Part shown: positions 27,649 to 28,872 of the stretch, one piece after another
Numbering within the stretch: position 1 is the stretch's first letter
Layout: the number at the start of each line of letters is the position of its first letter
Assembly: GCA_036337435.1 (NCBI GenBank)
Contig: JAYZEG010000053.1
Coordinates: 1-28,872, forward strand
DNA length: 28,872 bases
From: Myxococcota bacterium
Lineage (GTDB): Bacteria; Myxococcota_A; Bradymonadia; UBA7976; UBA1532
Direction of reading: 5' to 3'
Program-made: the position numbers and the translations under genes
Notes under the pieces: generated by a model
Seen by the model: the letters and a program-made list of their open reading frames with translations, nothing else
What the model was told of the DNA's origin: nothing
Databases searched by the model: none

Positions 27649-27963
27649 TTATGCGCTCTTTAGAAGCTCTTCTTCAGCCGTCAACCAATGCTGAATCGGG
27701 TCGCCCGAAAAGCCATTCGACTCGGCTCGCAGGTAGGCTGCAACCGCGATCTCTTCATAGCCCACGCTGATCTTAGCTTTTTTGGGTGCAGCTTTCTTCG
27801 CGGCTGTCTTCTTGGGAGCAGCTTTCTTCGCGGCTGTCTTCTTGGGAGCAGCTTTCTTCGCGGCTGTCTTCTTGGGAGCAGCTTTCTTCGCGGCTGTCTT
27901 CTTAGGTGCTGCTTTCTTCGCGGCTGTCTTCTTTTTTGTCTCTACTGTCTTTGACATGGTCAT
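27649..27963 (-). CDS. DUF2934-domain protein with histone H1-like Lys/Ala-rich N-terminal repeats
   Basis: AAAGGA SD before the ATGs at 27963/27957; (KKTAAKKAAP)x5; C-terminal EEIAVAAYLRAESNGF..DPIQHWLTAEEEL matches the DUF2934 pattern. Confidence 0.85.
   Translation of the reverse strand: MTMSKTVETKKKTAAKKAAPKKTAAKKAAPKKTAAKKAAPKKTAAKKAAPKKTAAKKAAPKKAKISVGYEEIAVAAYLRAESNGFSGDPIQHWLTAEEELLKSA
27781..27933. repeat. 30-bp tandem repeat, 5 copies (encodes KKTAAKKAAP on the minus strand)
   Basis: Unit cttgggagcagctttcttcgcggctgtctt; the three central copies are identical and the flanking copies differ only at synonymous positions. Confidence 0.97.
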
Positions 27964-28024
27964 TCTTTCCTTTAATAAAAAATCCTCAAGAGCGAGGCAC
28001 GAGAACATTGCCAAAAGATGATTG

Positions 28025-28044
28025 GTAACTCAAGAATGAGTTAC
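28025..28044. promoter_or_regulatory. Perfect inverted repeat GTAACTCA-AGAA-TGAGTTAC, candidate operator
   Basis: 8-4-8 palindrome in the AT-rich divergent intergenic region between the DUF2934 and TrmB genes. Confidence 0.55.
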
Positions 28045-28134
28045 GTTTTTTTGAAAAAAAATTGAGTTCAAAAAAAATCTGGAGCTGAGACATTAACTCT
28101 CGACAGATTTATCGCAGTGCGGTACCCGTGAACC

Positions 28135-28872
28135 ATGGCATTAGGAGACCAAGTAGAAGACCGTATCGTGGCCGTGATGAAACGGTTCGGATACACGGGG
28201 AGTGATGCACGCACATATATCGCCTTGTTGCAGCAGCATCCAGCAACCGGATACGAGTTAGCCGCTCGAGGCGATGTTCCCAGATCAGCTATTTATGGTG
28301 TTCTAAAACGCCTTCAGCAGTCGGGGCTGGTCAATGCGATTCCTGGGAAGCCAGCCCGATACGCTCCGATGCCCCCAGAACGTCTTGTCGCTCATTTAGA
28401 GACTCGTTTCAGCCAGGATATCAGCTCATTCAAGGACGCTGTCAATCAAGTTGTTGAGACTCAGATCGACGCCGTCACGTGGACTGTGACCGGCTATGAT
28501 TCGGTGATCGCCGAGGCGATACGACTTGTGGATCAGGCAACCCATTCAATCGTGTGTTCCTTGTGGCGACATGAAGCCGAACGGCTTGGACCTGCACTCA
28601 AAAAAGCGGCCGATCGCGGCTTGAAAGTCACATTGTTCTCATTCACTCAGCTACCAAATATCGATGTTCAATGTTTCAGCTATGGAATCGCATCTGATCA
28701 ATTGGAACAACATTGGTCACGTCGCCTGATTCTGGCCACAGACAACATTCAAGTTTTGGTGGGCTCAACGGAGGGAAGTCGCCTAGACCGTGCCGTGATC
28801 AGTGATGAGAGCGTTCTCGTCGAGACAGCTATCGGAAACCTCGTGCTGGATATTACGCTCTATGGTGAACGA
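28135..28872 (+). CDS. TrmB family transcriptional regulator, 3' truncated (absent from the ORF track)
   Basis: My translation: MALGDQVEDRIVAVMKRFGYTGSDARTYIALLQQHPATGYELAARGDVPRSAIYGVLKRLQQSGLV...PARYAPMPPE (TrmB wHTH), then an effector-domain-like region; open for 246 codons to the window end. Confidence 0.9.
   Translation, partial: MALGDQVEDRIVAVMKRFGYTGSDARTYIALLQQHPATGYELAARGDVPRSAIYGVLKRLQQSGLVNAIPGKPARYAPMPPERLVAHLETRFSQDISSFKDAVNQVVETQIDAVTWTVTGYDSVIAEAIRLVDQATHSIVCSLWRHEAERLGPALKKAADRGLKVTLFSFTQLPNIDVQCFSYGIASDQLEQHWSRRLILATDNIQVLVGSTEGSRLDRAVISDESVLVETAIGNLVLDITLYGER

Noticed and set aside
27781..27933. 30-bp repeat array as a CRISPR array
   Set aside because: Units are head-to-tail with no unique spacers, are in frame within a CDS and vary only synonymously; no cas genes are present.
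27782..28021. Plus-strand ORF (GAAFFAAVFL)n resembling a membrane protein
   Set aside because: Antisense shadow of the Lys/Ala repeat gene; the minus-strand frame has the SD and the DUF2934 domain.

Overview
A densely packed bacterial chromosomal window of moderate GC (roughly 50-55% by eye). Gene content points to Myxococcota or a related deltaproteobacterial lineage (inference): a roadblock/MglB-like protein, many lipoproteins and a giant sigma-54 activator. It has about 29 CDSs and no rRNA, tRNA, CRISPR array or mobile element that I can see. Housekeeping content: a partial FAD-linked oxidase, a three-subunit succinate dehydrogenase/fumarate reductase operon (sdhCAB), five RNA-modification enzymes (TruC-, TrhO-, RluB-, RluD- and RlmD-like), glutathione S-transferase and peroxidase, SlyX, an M23 peptidase, DUF547, a TPR-lytic transglycosylase, a PfkB kinase and a partial TrmB regulator that the ORF track misses. 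The best candidate for an undescribed system is 19250-24165. There, a 1299-aa STAND-ATPase/TPR/sigma-54 enhancer-binding protein is translationally coupled (ATGA overlap) to a lipoprotein carrying seven EPAPTAA heptapeptides. The peptide is nearly invariant while its codons and spacers are highly diverged, which suggests a selected ligand or modification motif. Other points of interest: a membrane protein with a C4HC3 RING/PHD-like finger divergent from that activator; an exported squalene-cyclase-fold protein between two membrane proteins; a FadL-like beta-barrel/lipoprotein pair; a histone-H1-like (KKTAAKKAAP)x5 DUF2934 protein facing TrmB across two palindromes; and an RlmD gene whose homology extends upstream of any canonical start codon. 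All family assignments come from motif recognition by eye; no database searches were run.
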